Source of the DNA: Candidatus Methylarchaceae archaeon HK02M2
GTDB lineage: Archaea > Thermoproteota > Nitrososphaeria > Nitrososphaerales > JACAEJ01
DNA: 56,207 nucleotides
Assembly: GCA_024256165.1 (NCBI GenBank)
Contig: JAKLZG010000027.1
Span: 1-56,207 of the forward strand
Direction of reading: 5' to 3'
Part shown: positions 18,995 through 27,448 of the stretch, piece by piece
Layout of the letters: each line of letters begins with the position of its first letter
How positions within the stretch are numbered: position 1 is the stretch's first letter
The notes under the pieces: generated by a model
Seen by the model: only the letters and a program-made list of their open reading frames with translations
Told to the model about the DNA's origin: nothing
Database searches by the model: none
Translations under genes and position numbers: made by a program

Positions 18995-19625
18995 TTTCTC
19001 TCACTTTTTTAAGTAAGTCTTTAACAATCTTTGTTCCAACAACTTCTGAATAACCTTCTAACATCTTGTTAAAAACTTCGTCAGCAACCTTGCTATGAGC
19101 ACTTGTCAAAGCTTCCTTCATCAAATGTAAATCTACTGCCTTGTCTTCAAGCCTTTGAGAGGAGAATGATAGTCCAAAATCGATTAAGACTAAAATTTTA
19201 TTCTTCATGACTATGAAGTTAGAAGTAGTGAGGTCACCATGTATTATATTTTCTTTGTGAAGCTTAGCGATGCTTCTACCAACATTTAAATAAAGAATAT
19301 CATTATATTTTCCCCTACAATTAGTGATTATCTCTTTAAGTCTTTTTCCAATTATACATTGCATGACGATCTCTGCCTCATCTAGATCTATGAAGTATAC
19401 CAAAGGTGTTGGAACTCCGGAATTTCTTGCATCAACTAAGAATGATGCTTCATGCAGCGTTCTTTTTTTTCTCAATCCAGCATCTAGATCAGGTTGCCTA
19501 TATCGCTTTGACTTTCTAATCTTAATGATTGCCTTTCTTCCAAACCATTCTCCCAGGTATATATCTGCTTCAGCTCCCTTTCTAATCAATCTCTCCATTT
19601 GATGTCCACTCGATCTAACCTCCAA
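18960..19625 (-). CDS. bud32: Bud32/PRPK atypical kinase (KEOPS)
   Basis: 221 aa. GAEADIY glycine loop, IIHGDLTTSNF catalytic loop, IDFGLS. Confidence 0.9.
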   Translation of the reverse strand: MEVRSSGHQMERLIRKGAEADIYLGEWFGRKAIIKIRKSKRYRQPDLDAGLRKKRTLHEASFLVDARNSGVPTPLVYFIDLDEAEIVMQCIIGKRLKEIITNCRGKYNDILYLNVGRSIAKLHKENIIHGDLTTSNFIVMKNKILVLIDFGLSFSSQRLEDKAVDLHLMKEALTSAHSKVADEVFNKMLEGYSEVVGTKIVKDLLKKVREIGRRGRYTRVE

Positions 19626-20653
19626 GATTGCTTTATGAAGCTTTTTTCAACCCCTACGGAAATACCTACTAAGTGTGCTAAGAGACCGGTCCATGCTATC
19701 TGGGCGCCACAATCTCCACTGTATTTCTTTGGCACTACGAAGAAATCAGCACCATGTCTTTCGCTAACCTCGATAAGCATCTCTTGTAACCTTTTATTCG
19801 CAGCCACGCCCCCCGTTAATAGAACCTCTTTTTTTTCAGTAAAGGCAAGAGCTCTTTCGGTAACTTCAGCCAGCATTGCAAAAGCTATCTCTTGAAGGGA
19901 GAAGCACAAACTCTCCAAATCTTTACCATTGTGTAGCAACTTTTTTACAGAGGTTAAAATACCTGAGAAAGAAGTATCGTTTCCTTTCACAGTGTATGGT
20001 AAAGGAATAAAATTGGATGACTTTTCAGCCAAATTCTCTATCTGTTGTCCACATGGAGAGCTATATCCAGCCACCCTCCCAAATTGATCTATAAGTTGTC
20101 CTATAGTTAGATCAAGAGTCTCGCCAAATACTCTCCATCTGCCGAATGAAAAGGCTGTAATAAGCGTATGACCACCAGATACTAGTAAGACGATAGGATC
20201 TTTAGCTCCTGTAAGCATATTTGCTAGTTCTATGTGACCTATCGCATGATTGACGGGGATTAATGATTTCTTATAGTAAAAAGCAAGAGAACGAGCAACT
20301 GTGGCCCCAACTCTTAAACATGGCCCCAATCCTGGACCAGCAGAAAAGGCTATTGCGTCAACTTTGTCTATAGATGTCCCAGCTTGGATTAAGGATTGTT
20401 CAACAATTTTTGGTGCGACTTCAACATGATGCCTTGAAGCCTCTCTTGGATGAATTCCTGAGCTGGGGGGAGGTGTGTAAATACTTCTAATATCTGATAA
20501 AATCTCTCTATTATCACCATTATCGTTAGAACTTACTACTGAACATGAAAATGTATGGGCTGTAGACTCTATCCCAAATACTTTTAAAATCTTATTTTGG
20601 GCATGGTTTGAAAATGAAAGTTCACTTTGGGTAGGGTTGTTTACCAAATCCAA
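19586..20653 (-). CDS. kae1: Kae1, tRNA N6-adenosine threonylcarbamoyltransferase
   Basis: FGIESTAHTFS, NHAIGHIE and TGGVAAN motifs. The TTG start leaves an N-terminal extension of about 24 aa, so the true start is uncertain. Overlaps bud32 by 40 nt. Confidence 0.9.
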   Translation of the reverse strand: MDLVNNPTQSELSFSNHAQNKILKVFGIESTAHTFSCSVVSSNDNGDNREILSDIRSIYTPPPSSGIHPREASRHHVEVAPKIVEQSLIQAGTSIDKVDAIAFSAGPGLGPCLRVGATVARSLAFYYKKSLIPVNHAIGHIELANMLTGAKDPIVLLVSGGHTLITAFSFGRWRVFGETLDLTIGQLIDQFGRVAGYSSPCGQQIENLAEKSSNFIPLPYTVKGNDTSFSGILTSVKKLLHNGKDLESLCFSLQEIAFAMLAEVTERALAFTEKKEVLLTGGVAANKRLQEMLIEVSERHGADFFVVPKKYSGDCGAQIAWTGLLAHLVGISVGVEKSFIKQSWRLDRVDIKWRD

Positions 20654-20893
20654 TGAAATCCTTAGTATAGCTTTTTCTTATACCTTTTCTCCTTACGAAA
20701 GATATAATATCTCTTATGACCTTTAATTCTCTTGAATAAAACTACTATATGGATAAGTTATCAATTATATTTTACTTAAACGGTATCCTAGAAGTGTCAT
20801 ATTTTTCAGAGTACCAAATAAGAGTTTTCCATTAACCTTCCAATTTTACGTTTAAACTAGTATTTAACCGAGTAAAAAATGGAAAGGAATCAG

Positions 20894-22279
20894 TTAGTAA
20901 GGTAGGGTTTCTAACCATGGATAAAGCTTTCTTAACTTATTCATAGCTTTACGAACTTCTTCTTCAGGATACTCGTAGGGTTGTAGTTTACCTTGAAGAT
21001 AATCGTCGAAGGCTTGCATATCAAAGTGGCCGTGACCGCAAAGTAAAAAGAGAATAACTTTTTCTTCCCCTGTTTCCTTACATTTCAAGGCTTCATCGAT
21101 GACGCCCTTAATAGCATGAGATGGTTCTGGAGCTGGTATTGTACCTTCAGATTCGATAAAGAGCTTCGCGGCGTTGAAGATCTCTATTTGATTATATGCT
21201 CGTGTCTTTAACATCTTCTCTTGTTTTAAGATACTTAGAGTAGGAGCAATCCCGTGATAACGCAGACCTCCAGAATGGATAGGGGGAGGTATGAAATCAT
21301 GGCCCAATGTATGCATCTTGACTAAAGGTGTAAGCTTCGCCGTGTCCCCATGGTCATACATATATTCACCTTTGGTGATGGAAGGGCAAGCTGTAGCTTC
21401 AATAGCTATAAAATCAGTTTCCTTTGGAGCTTTTCCTGAGACTTTATCGTAGTAGAAAGGCCAGAATAGACCTGAGAAACTACTACCTCCACCTATACAA
21501 CCAAAGATTACATCTGGATAATCCCCGACGAATTCAAGTTGTTTTTTAGCTTCTTGACCTATAACAGTTTGATGTGTTAGGACATGGTTGAAGACGCTAC
21601 CTATGCTATAGTTGGTTTCTTCATTGGTAAGAGCATCCTCCACAGCTTCACTAATGGCGATACCTAGACTTCCAGAGCTCTCAGGGTCTTCTTCTAAAAT
21701 CTTTCTACCGGATTCTGTTTTAGTGCTTGGGCTGGCATGTACCTCAGCATTCCAAAGTTCCATCATAATTCTCCTATAAGGCTTTTGATCGTAACTAACC
21801 CTAACCATATATACAGTGCATCTAAGATTGAAAAATTGGCAGCCGAAAGCTAGAGCTGAACCCCATTGCCCTGCTCCTGTTTCCGTAGACACACGTTCTT
21901 TTCCTTCCCTTAAATTGTAATATGCTTGTGCGATAGCAGTATTAGGTTTGTGACTTCCTGGGGGGCTTACTCCTTCATACTTATAATAAATCCTAGCAGG
22001 CGTCTTTAAAGTTTTTTCCAAACCCATAGCTCTAAAGAGTGGAGTTGGTCTCCAAAGACGATAGACGTCCCTTACTTCGTCTGGGATATCTATCCATCTT
22101 TCCTTACTCATTTCTTGGGCAATAATCTCCTTTGGAAATATTAAGGGAACTATTCCAGGCCCAGGTGACCTCTTCTTCGGTTCTATTAATGGAGGTAATG
22201 GTTTAGGCAGATCTGGTAAGATACAGTACCATTGCTTAGGTATCTCTTCTTCATCTAATAGCACTTTTTTATTAATCAT
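20894..22279 (-). CDS. trpB: TrpB2-type tryptophan synthase beta-like protein
   Basis: 461 aa with the long N-terminal extension. [15 protein letters not shown]-lysine motif, typical of the TrpB2 class. Confidence 0.85.
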   Translation of the reverse strand: MINKKVLLDEEEIPKQWYCILPDLPKPLPPLIEPKKRSPGPGIVPLIFPKEIIAQEMSKERWIDIPDEVRDVYRLWRPTPLFRAMGLEKTLKTPARIYYKYEGVSPPGSHKPNTAIAQAYYNLREGKERVSTETGAGQWGSALAFGCQFFNLRCTVYMVRVSYDQKPYRRIMMELWNAEVHASPSTKTESGRKILEEDPESSGSLGIAISEAVEDALTNEETNYSIGSVFNHVLTHQTVIGQEAKKQLEFVGDYPDVIFGCIGGGSSFSGLFWPFYYDKVSGKAPKETDFIAIEATACPSITKGEYMYDHGDTAKLTPLVKMHTLGHDFIPPPIHSGGLRYHGIAPTLSILKQEKMLKTRAYNQIEIFNAAKLFIESEGTIPAPEPSHAIKGVIDEALKCKETGEEKVILFLLCGHGHFDMQAFDDYLQGKLQPYEYPEEEVRKAMNKLRKLYPWLETLPY

Positions 22280-22379
22280 ATATTTTCACTTTACACTACT
22301 TTGTGACACAAATGTCCATTTATATGCTTTTTCTATAAGAATATTATTATATCCTTCTATCTTTTTGAAGGTGTGAATA

Positions 22380-22814
22380 TTGAAGGGGAAAATAGATTTT
22401 TTAACAATTGAAGTTGATTGGATAATTCATGCAACAGAGGATGAAGAAAAGGTAAACAAGAGGATTACTTCATTTTTTCCTTTAAGTGGAAGGTATATTA
22501 AATCCTTAAAATCAAGGGGCCATTTTGGCAACCCTATCATCCTTTGCAAGGTTAAATTGTCTGGTTCTGAGTCTGATGAGTTTTTACGTATTTTATTTTC
22601 TTCTTTTAACGCTGATGATAAAAAGAAATTGGAATATGAACTTTTAAAACATTTAGATGAAAATGGTGCTTTTTATATCCGTATAAGTAAACAATTATTG
22701 TTCGAAAACAAGATTAGTATATCAGAGACAGATGTAATAAGAATAAAGCTCAAGCCTAAAAGTAGTTTAAATCTTAATGAGAAGCTTTCATTTTATAGGA
22801 GGTTGCTAAAATAG
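22380..22814 (+). CDS. RNA-binding protein of the exosome/RNase P neighbourhood (COG1325, DUF54)
   Basis: IHATEDEEKV, GHFGNPII and FYIRISKQ signature. TTG start preceded by AGGTG. Confidence 0.8.
   Translation: MKGKIDFLTIEVDWIIHATEDEEKVNKRITSFFPLSGRYIKSLKSRGHFGNPIILCKVKLSGSESDEFLRILFSSFNADDKKKLEYELLKHLDENGAFYIRISKQLLFENKISISETDVIRIKLKPKSSLNLNEKLSFYRRLLK
22797..22803 (+). promoter_or_regulatory. Shine-Dalgarno AGGAGGT serving the Rpp30 reading frame
   Basis: Perfect complement of the archaeal 16S 3' end. A 7-nt spacer separates it from ATA 22811. Confidence 0.5.
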
Positions 22815-23446
22815 CGGCAATAGATTCCCATGTATGTATTAAAGATGATTTTAAGAGAACCATAAAGATTGCAAAGCTCCTAGGCTTTTCTGTACTTGCT
22901 TTTGAATTAGAAGGTAATTGTGATATAAGAAATAATGTTGTAAATATATGTAAACAAGAAAAAGTAAAATGTATTTTCAGAGCTAATGTCAATGAGTTAA
23001 AAAAATCGAAAAAATTTGAAGATTCAATAATTTATGTAGCAAAAGATGTAAATGAGGCAAAAGCATATGACATTCCATTTTATATTCTTGAGGCAGGTAG
23101 GACCATTGATGAAGTTTCAAAAGTTAAAGAATTCTGCGCAAAAAAATCAAATGTAAAATTTATAGTTGAATTCGATTTTTATCCGTTGCGTCTATATTTT
23201 AATTTCACTTTATCTAATTACTTAAAAAATCTGGCTTTATTGATGAATATCTGTAAGAGAAGAAAGATAACTACGATATTCTCAAGTGCAGCAAGAAGTT
23301 ATACTGAAATTGTTCCGCCAAGGGTACTTTACAAATTTTACAAACTTATAGGGGGCGACTCGATGATTCGAAGAGAGATATTGTTAGAGATTCCAGATAA
23401 ACAACTTATAGAGAAGTTGGATCTTGGCACAAAAAATTTTTGGTAG
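22811..23446 (+). CDS. rnp3: RNase P protein subunit Rpp30 (Rnp3); no canonical start, ATA proposed
   Basis: The frame is open from 22799. Its translation (..AAIDSHVCIKDD...FSSAARSYTEIVPPRVL...) matches remembered archaeal Rpp30 over about 211 aa. The first ATG/GTG/TTG in frame is at 23186, which is why the ORF track shows only 86 aa. Confidence 0.75.
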   Translation: MAAIDSHVCIKDDFKRTIKIAKLLGFSVLAFELEGNCDIRNNVVNICKQEKVKCIFRANVNELKKSKKFEDSIIYVAKDVNEAKAYDIPFYILEAGRTIDEVSKVKEFCAKKSNVKFIVEFDFYPLRLYFNFTLSNYLKNLALLMNICKRRKITTIFSSAARSYTEIVPPRVLYKFYKLIGGDSMIRREILLEIPDKQLIEKLDLGTKNFW

Positions 23447-23452
23447 ATATTA

Positions 23453-23779
23453 ATGATACATGCAAAAAAGAGGTACATCTTAATCTATTCTGAAGTAGGG
23501 TATTTTGAAGATAAAGAGTTGATTAAGACGATGAAAGCAAGAATAATAGATCTTTATGGTGCAATAGGACTACAATCTATCAATCTAAAGATAATGATGA
23601 CAAGGTCCAATTATCTTATTGTCCGTTGTAACCATGACCGTGTAGATGATCTACTCTTCATAATAAGCTCAATGAAGTTTAAAAATTCTGCTCTTCTTCC
23701 ATTAAAAGTTTCAGGTACTATAAAGAAGCTTAAAAATATCATATCTGATTTATCGAAAACAATTTTTTTTCAGTCATAG
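23453..23779 (+). CDS. rnp2: RNase P protein subunit Pop5 (Rnp2)
   Basis: 108 aa. KRYILIYSEV...LIVRCNHDRVDDLLFIIS pattern. Adjacent to Rpp30. Confidence 0.75.
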   Translation: MIHAKKRYILIYSEVGYFEDKELIKTMKARIIDLYGAIGLQSINLKIMMTRSNYLIVRCNHDRVDDLLFIISSMKFKNSALLPLKVSGTIKKLKNIISDLSKTIFFQS

Positions 23780-23820
23780 AACCCTTTTTGGGTTCATTTT
23801 CTTTATCCCCTTTATATAAT

Positions 23821-24279
23821 TTATAGTTTTTCTATTGTTAAAAATAATTGTTGAAGAGTTTTTCTTATATTATCATCTTTTCTCTTATTTTTATCGATAG
23901 TCAGTTCAGCGAGTTCTACCAAAATTTTTGCCATATCGTTTTCAGCAATTTGAGCAATAATTCCTATAAAGAGAAACTGCTTAATTAGGACTTTATCTGC
24001 GGATGTAAGGAATGAAGATAATATTCTCCTTCCTTTATTAGTTGTGATATACCTTTTTACATTCGAACCAAAGCCAATCACTTCAGAGATCATCTTCAAT
24101 GACAAAAGCTCGTTCAAAATGAAATAAATTGAGCCTGGACTAGCTCTCCACTTACCTCGGGTACTTAAATTGATCTGATTTGAGATTTCTATACCACTAA
24201 TTGGCATTTTAGAAGCAGCTTTAAGGATGAAGATTTTAAGTAAACCCCTTGGTGCACTTATAAAGCTTGATGAATTCAA
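23821..24279 (-). CDS. PadR-like winged-helix transcriptional regulator
   Basis: 152 aa, TTG start. LKIFILKAAS..PISGIEIS......W.ASPGSIYFILNELL fits the PadR wHTH. Divergent from trpE. Confidence 0.6.
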   Translation of the reverse strand: MNSSSFISAPRGLLKIFILKAASKMPISGIEISNQINLSTRGKWRASPGSIYFILNELLSLKMISEVIGFGSNVKRYITTNKGRRILSSFLTSADKVLIKQFLFIGIIAQIAENDMAKILVELAELTIDKNKRKDDNIRKTLQQLFLTIEKL

Positions 24280-24340
24280 ATATTATCGATTTCAGGAATT
24301 TACTGGAGATTATTTAATTTTTTATTGAAATGAATATATA

Positions 24341-24368
24341 TGTACACAAAAGTCTTAAATAGTGCACA
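24341..24368. promoter_or_regulatory. two GTRCACAA boxes (TGTACACAA at 24341, GTGCACAA at 24362) in the divergent regulator/trpE intergenic region
   Basis: Read directly. The first box contains TGTACA, the remembered TRP-box consensus of Methanothermobacter TrpY. Confidence 0.35.
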
Positions 24369-24369
24369 A

Positions 24370-24380
24370 TTATAATAAAT
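24370..24380 (+). promoter_or_regulatory. TATA-box candidate for the trp operon
   Basis: ttataataaat lies about 25 nt upstream of ATG 24399. Confidence 0.35.
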
Positions 24381-24444
24381 ATGAGGCGATAAAATAGCAT
24401 GGGTGACTTAGTTTGGCTACAAGAAACTTAAAAGTAGCTCGAAT

Positions 24445-25806
24445 ATAAAGTTAAACTTCAAATCATTTCCATACACACAACCCCTAAATATATTCACGAA
24501 GATCTATGAACAATTTGATACATGTTATATCCTAGAGTCTGTTACGGGATCAAATAAATTAGCTCAGTATTCATTTATTGGATTTAATCCTAGAATTGTA
24601 ATAAAGGCGAAAAAGAGAGAACTAGAAATAAGGGATTTAAGAGAAAATAATATAGAAAAAGATTATCTAAAAATCGATCCACTACAAATTATAAAATCGA
24701 TGAATTTGGCGTTTGACGAAAAATGGCCAAGGTTGATTGGTGGGGCCGTTGGCTATATATCTTTTGATGCTATTACATATTGGGAAAATATAAAATCGAA
24801 AAAAGAACATGAATTGAATTCTCCTTATATCGAGTTTGGTATCTATGATGATGGTTTTGTATTCGACCATACAACTAGACAAGCCTTTTATTATTTCAGG
24901 GAAAAGGATCTGAGTAACTATATCGAATTAGCGCTCGGAGAGTCTATAAATAAAGATAATCTTTCTTATTCGAAACCTAAAGTGAATATTGATTTTGACT
25001 CTTTTTGTGAAAAGGTGATAAAGATAAAAGATTATATATCTTCTGGAGATGTGTTCCAAGCTGTTTTATCGAAGCGATATGAGTTCAATATCAGAGGAGA
25101 CCTTATCTGCTTTTATGAAGCTTTAAGACGTATAAATCCATCTCCTTATATGTACCTTTTGAAGATGGAAGATCGGCAGATTGTTGGGTCTAGTCCAGAG
25201 ATGCTTGTCAGAGTAGATAACGGTATAGTGGAGACATTTCCTATAGCTGGCACTCGACCTAAACTAGATGACGAAATAGCTAATTATGCTATACAAAAAG
25301 AACTCCTTGTTGATCCAAAAGAATGTGCAGAACATGTTATGTTAGTGGATTTAGCAAGAAATGATCTTGGGAAGGTATGTGAGTTTGGGAGTGTTTGTGT
25401 GCCTGAGTTCATGGAAGTGCATCAATACAGCCATGTTCATCATATAGTTTCAAGAGTCCAAGGAAAGTTGAGAAGGAATAATGATGCTTTTGATACGTTT
25501 AAAGGAGTGTTTCCAGCTGGAACAGTTACCGGAGCACCTAAGATAAGAGCTATAGAGATAATAGATGAATTAGAGCCCACAAGAAGGGGACCCTACGCAG
25601 GAGCTATAGGATACTTTTCTTACAACGGAAATGCAGATTTTGCAATAACTATAAGAACCTTAGTATCAAATGGTAATAAGGCATACATTCAAGTTGGAGC
25701 TGGTATTGTAGCAGATTCCGATCCTTTAAAGGAGTGGGCAGAGACTGAGCATAAGGTAAAAGCTTTGATGAAGGCCTTGGAAGCTTCTGGGATGAGCAAT
25801 AAATGA
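24445..25806 (+). CDS. trpE: anthranilate synthase component I (start unresolved)
   Basis: The frame is open from 24412 and already encodes the conserved N-terminus (..PLNIFTKIYEQFDTCYILESVTGSNKLAQYSFIGFNP..) before the first canonical start at 24700. Later motifs include GAPKIRAIEIIDELE. 24445 is an in-frame ATA. See the finding for alternatives. Confidence 0.85.
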   Translation: MKLNFKSFPYTQPLNIFTKIYEQFDTCYILESVTGSNKLAQYSFIGFNPRIVIKAKKRELEIRDLRENNIEKDYLKIDPLQIIKSMNLAFDEKWPRLIGGAVGYISFDAITYWENIKSKKEHELNSPYIEFGIYDDGFVFDHTTRQAFYYFREKDLSNYIELALGESINKDNLSYSKPKVNIDFDSFCEKVIKIKDYISSGDVFQAVLSKRYEFNIRGDLICFYEALRRINPSPYMYLLKMEDRQIVGSSPEMLVRVDNGIVETFPIAGTRPKLDDEIANYAIQKELLVDPKECAEHVMLVDLARNDLGKVCEFGSVCVPEFMEVHQYSHVHHIVSRVQGKLRRNNDAFDTFKGVFPAGTVTGAPKIRAIEIIDELEPTRRGPYAGAIGYFSYNGNADFAITIRTLVSNGNKAYIQVGAGIVADSDPLKEWAETEHKVKALMKALEASGMSNK

Positions 25807-26384
25807 GAATTCTAATAATAGATAATTATGATTCTTTCGTATATAATTTAGTTCAATATGTAGGTGAGTTAGGTTGCAAGCCTTTAGTATATAGAAATGA
25901 TCAAATTAACTTCAAAAAAGTAAAGAATCTTAAATTGGATGGTATAGTAATATCACCAGGTCCTGGAACTCCTGAAGATGAGAAGTACTTTGGTAACTGC
26001 TCATCGATAATTAAACATGTAGGTAATGAAATCCCTATTTTAGGTGTATGCTTAGGTCATCAAGGAATAATTCATGCATTAGGAGGTAGAATAATTCGTG
26101 CCACTAAGATAATGCACGGTAAGACTAGTATGATCAAGCATGATGGATATGGAGTTTTTAAAGATATAGAGAACCCTTTTAAAGCGACTCGATATCATTC
26201 ACTTGTAGGCGAACGGTCAACGCTTCCTAATTGTTTAAAAGTGACAGCTGAATCTTTAGATGATGGCGAGATTATGGGGGTCAGGCATAGAACATACCCC
26301 ATAGAGGGACTTCAATTCCACCCCGAATCTATACTTACAGAGAATGGCAAGAAGATAATTAGTAACTTTTTAAATTGTGATTAA
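25803..26384 (+). CDS. trpG: anthranilate synthase component II (glutamine amidotransferase)
   Basis: GVCLGHQ catalytic Cys and HPES. ATGA overlap with trpE. Confidence 0.95.
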   Translation: MRILIIDNYDSFVYNLVQYVGELGCKPLVYRNDQINFKKVKNLKLDGIVISPGPGTPEDEKYFGNCSSIIKHVGNEIPILGVCLGHQGIIHALGGRIIRATKIMHGKTSMIKHDGYGVFKDIENPFKATRYHSLVGERSTLPNCLKVTAESLDDGEIMGVRHRTYPIEGLQFHPESILTENGKKIISNFLNCD

Positions 26385-26386
26385 GA

Positions 26387-27448
26387 ATGATTAAGGAAGC
26401 AATTCGAAAGATTGTATGTGGTAGAGATCTGAACTATCCAGAAGCTGGAGCTATTATGAAAGAACTAATGTCAGGTAAAGCCACAAATGCCCAAATAGCC
26501 TCCTTGTTAACGTCTTTGAGGATGAAAGGTGAGAGTGTTGAAGAGATTTCAGCCTTTGCTAAGGTAATGAGGGATTACTGCTTTCAGATACATCCTGATG
26601 TAAATAGGCGTATTGTAGATATTGTTGGTACAGGTGGAGATCGAATTAAATCCTTTAACATCAGTACAACATCAGCTTTTGTGGTTGCTGGTATTGGTAT
26701 AACAGTAGCTAAGCATGGCAATCGTTCATTCACAAGCAAATGTGGTAGTGCGGATGTTCTTGAGAAACTGGGTTATGACCTAAACACAGATCCAGGTTTA
26801 GTTGAGAAAGCAGTGGAAAAGATAGGGGTAGGCTTTATGTTCGCTCCAAGATTTCATCCTGCTATGAAATATGCTTCAGAGCCTAGGAAAGAGATTGGAA
26901 TAAGAACTGTTTTCAACATCCTAGGCCCCATAACCAATCCAGCTAATGCAAAAGGATTCTTGCTTGGCGTTTATGAGAGATCTTTGACGGGGACTATTGC
27001 TTCTGTGTTAAAGAATCTAGGTAGTGAAGAGGCGATGGTAGTACATGGCTTAGATGGATTGGATGAGATATCTACTATTGGGAGGACGGAAATAGTAAGG
27101 TTAAAAGATGGTGAAATAACCATTATGGATTTTTCTCCCAAACAATTTGGTATTAGATTAGCAAAGCCAGAGGAAATCTCGGGATTTAGTCCAGATGAGA
27201 ACGCCGAGATCGTTTTTAAAATCATCAACGGATACTACACTGATAGAGACCCAAAGTTGGATATTGTTCTTATAAATTCAGCTGCTGGTATAATAGTTGG
27301 TGGACTTGTAGATAAGTTTGATGAAGCATTAGAATTAGCTAATGAGTCTATCAAGAGCGGTGCTACTTATACAAAGCTCAAGGAGATGATAAAGTTTTGC
27401 AATGGAGATATGGAAAAACTGGAGGGGTTGGAAACAAAATATGGCTGA
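26387..27448 (+). CDS. trpD: anthranilate phosphoribosyltransferase
   Basis: VDIVGTGGD, KHGNRS motifs. Confidence 0.95.
   Translation: MIKEAIRKIVCGRDLNYPEAGAIMKELMSGKATNAQIASLLTSLRMKGESVEEISAFAKVMRDYCFQIHPDVNRRIVDIVGTGGDRIKSFNISTTSAFVVAGIGITVAKHGNRSFTSKCGSADVLEKLGYDLNTDPGLVEKAVEKIGVGFMFAPRFHPAMKYASEPRKEIGIRTVFNILGPITNPANAKGFLLGVYERSLTGTIASVLKNLGSEEAMVVHGLDGLDEISTIGRTEIVRLKDGEITIMDFSPKQFGIRLAKPEEISGFSPDENAEIVFKIINGYYTDRDPKLDIVLINSAAGIIVGGLVDKFDEALELANESIKSGATYTKLKEMIKFCNGDMEKLEGLETKYG

Noticed and set aside
20654-20893. 240-bp gap upstream of kae1, checked for a hidden gene, tRNA or structured RNA. The gaps at 6258-6607, 30854-31077, 43789-44081 and 54745-55035 were checked the same way.
   Set aside because: All frames are full of stops. 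There are no GC-rich stems, tRNA T-arm or D-arm patterns, or repeats. These look like ordinary AT-rich promoter regions.
22380-23446. Possibility that COG1325 and Rpp30 are one gene joined by a -1 frameshift
   Set aside because: Both are independent, full-length families in other archaea. A perfect SD precedes the Rpp30 frame, and the Rpp30 alignment begins right at 22811. Separate genes are more parsimonious.
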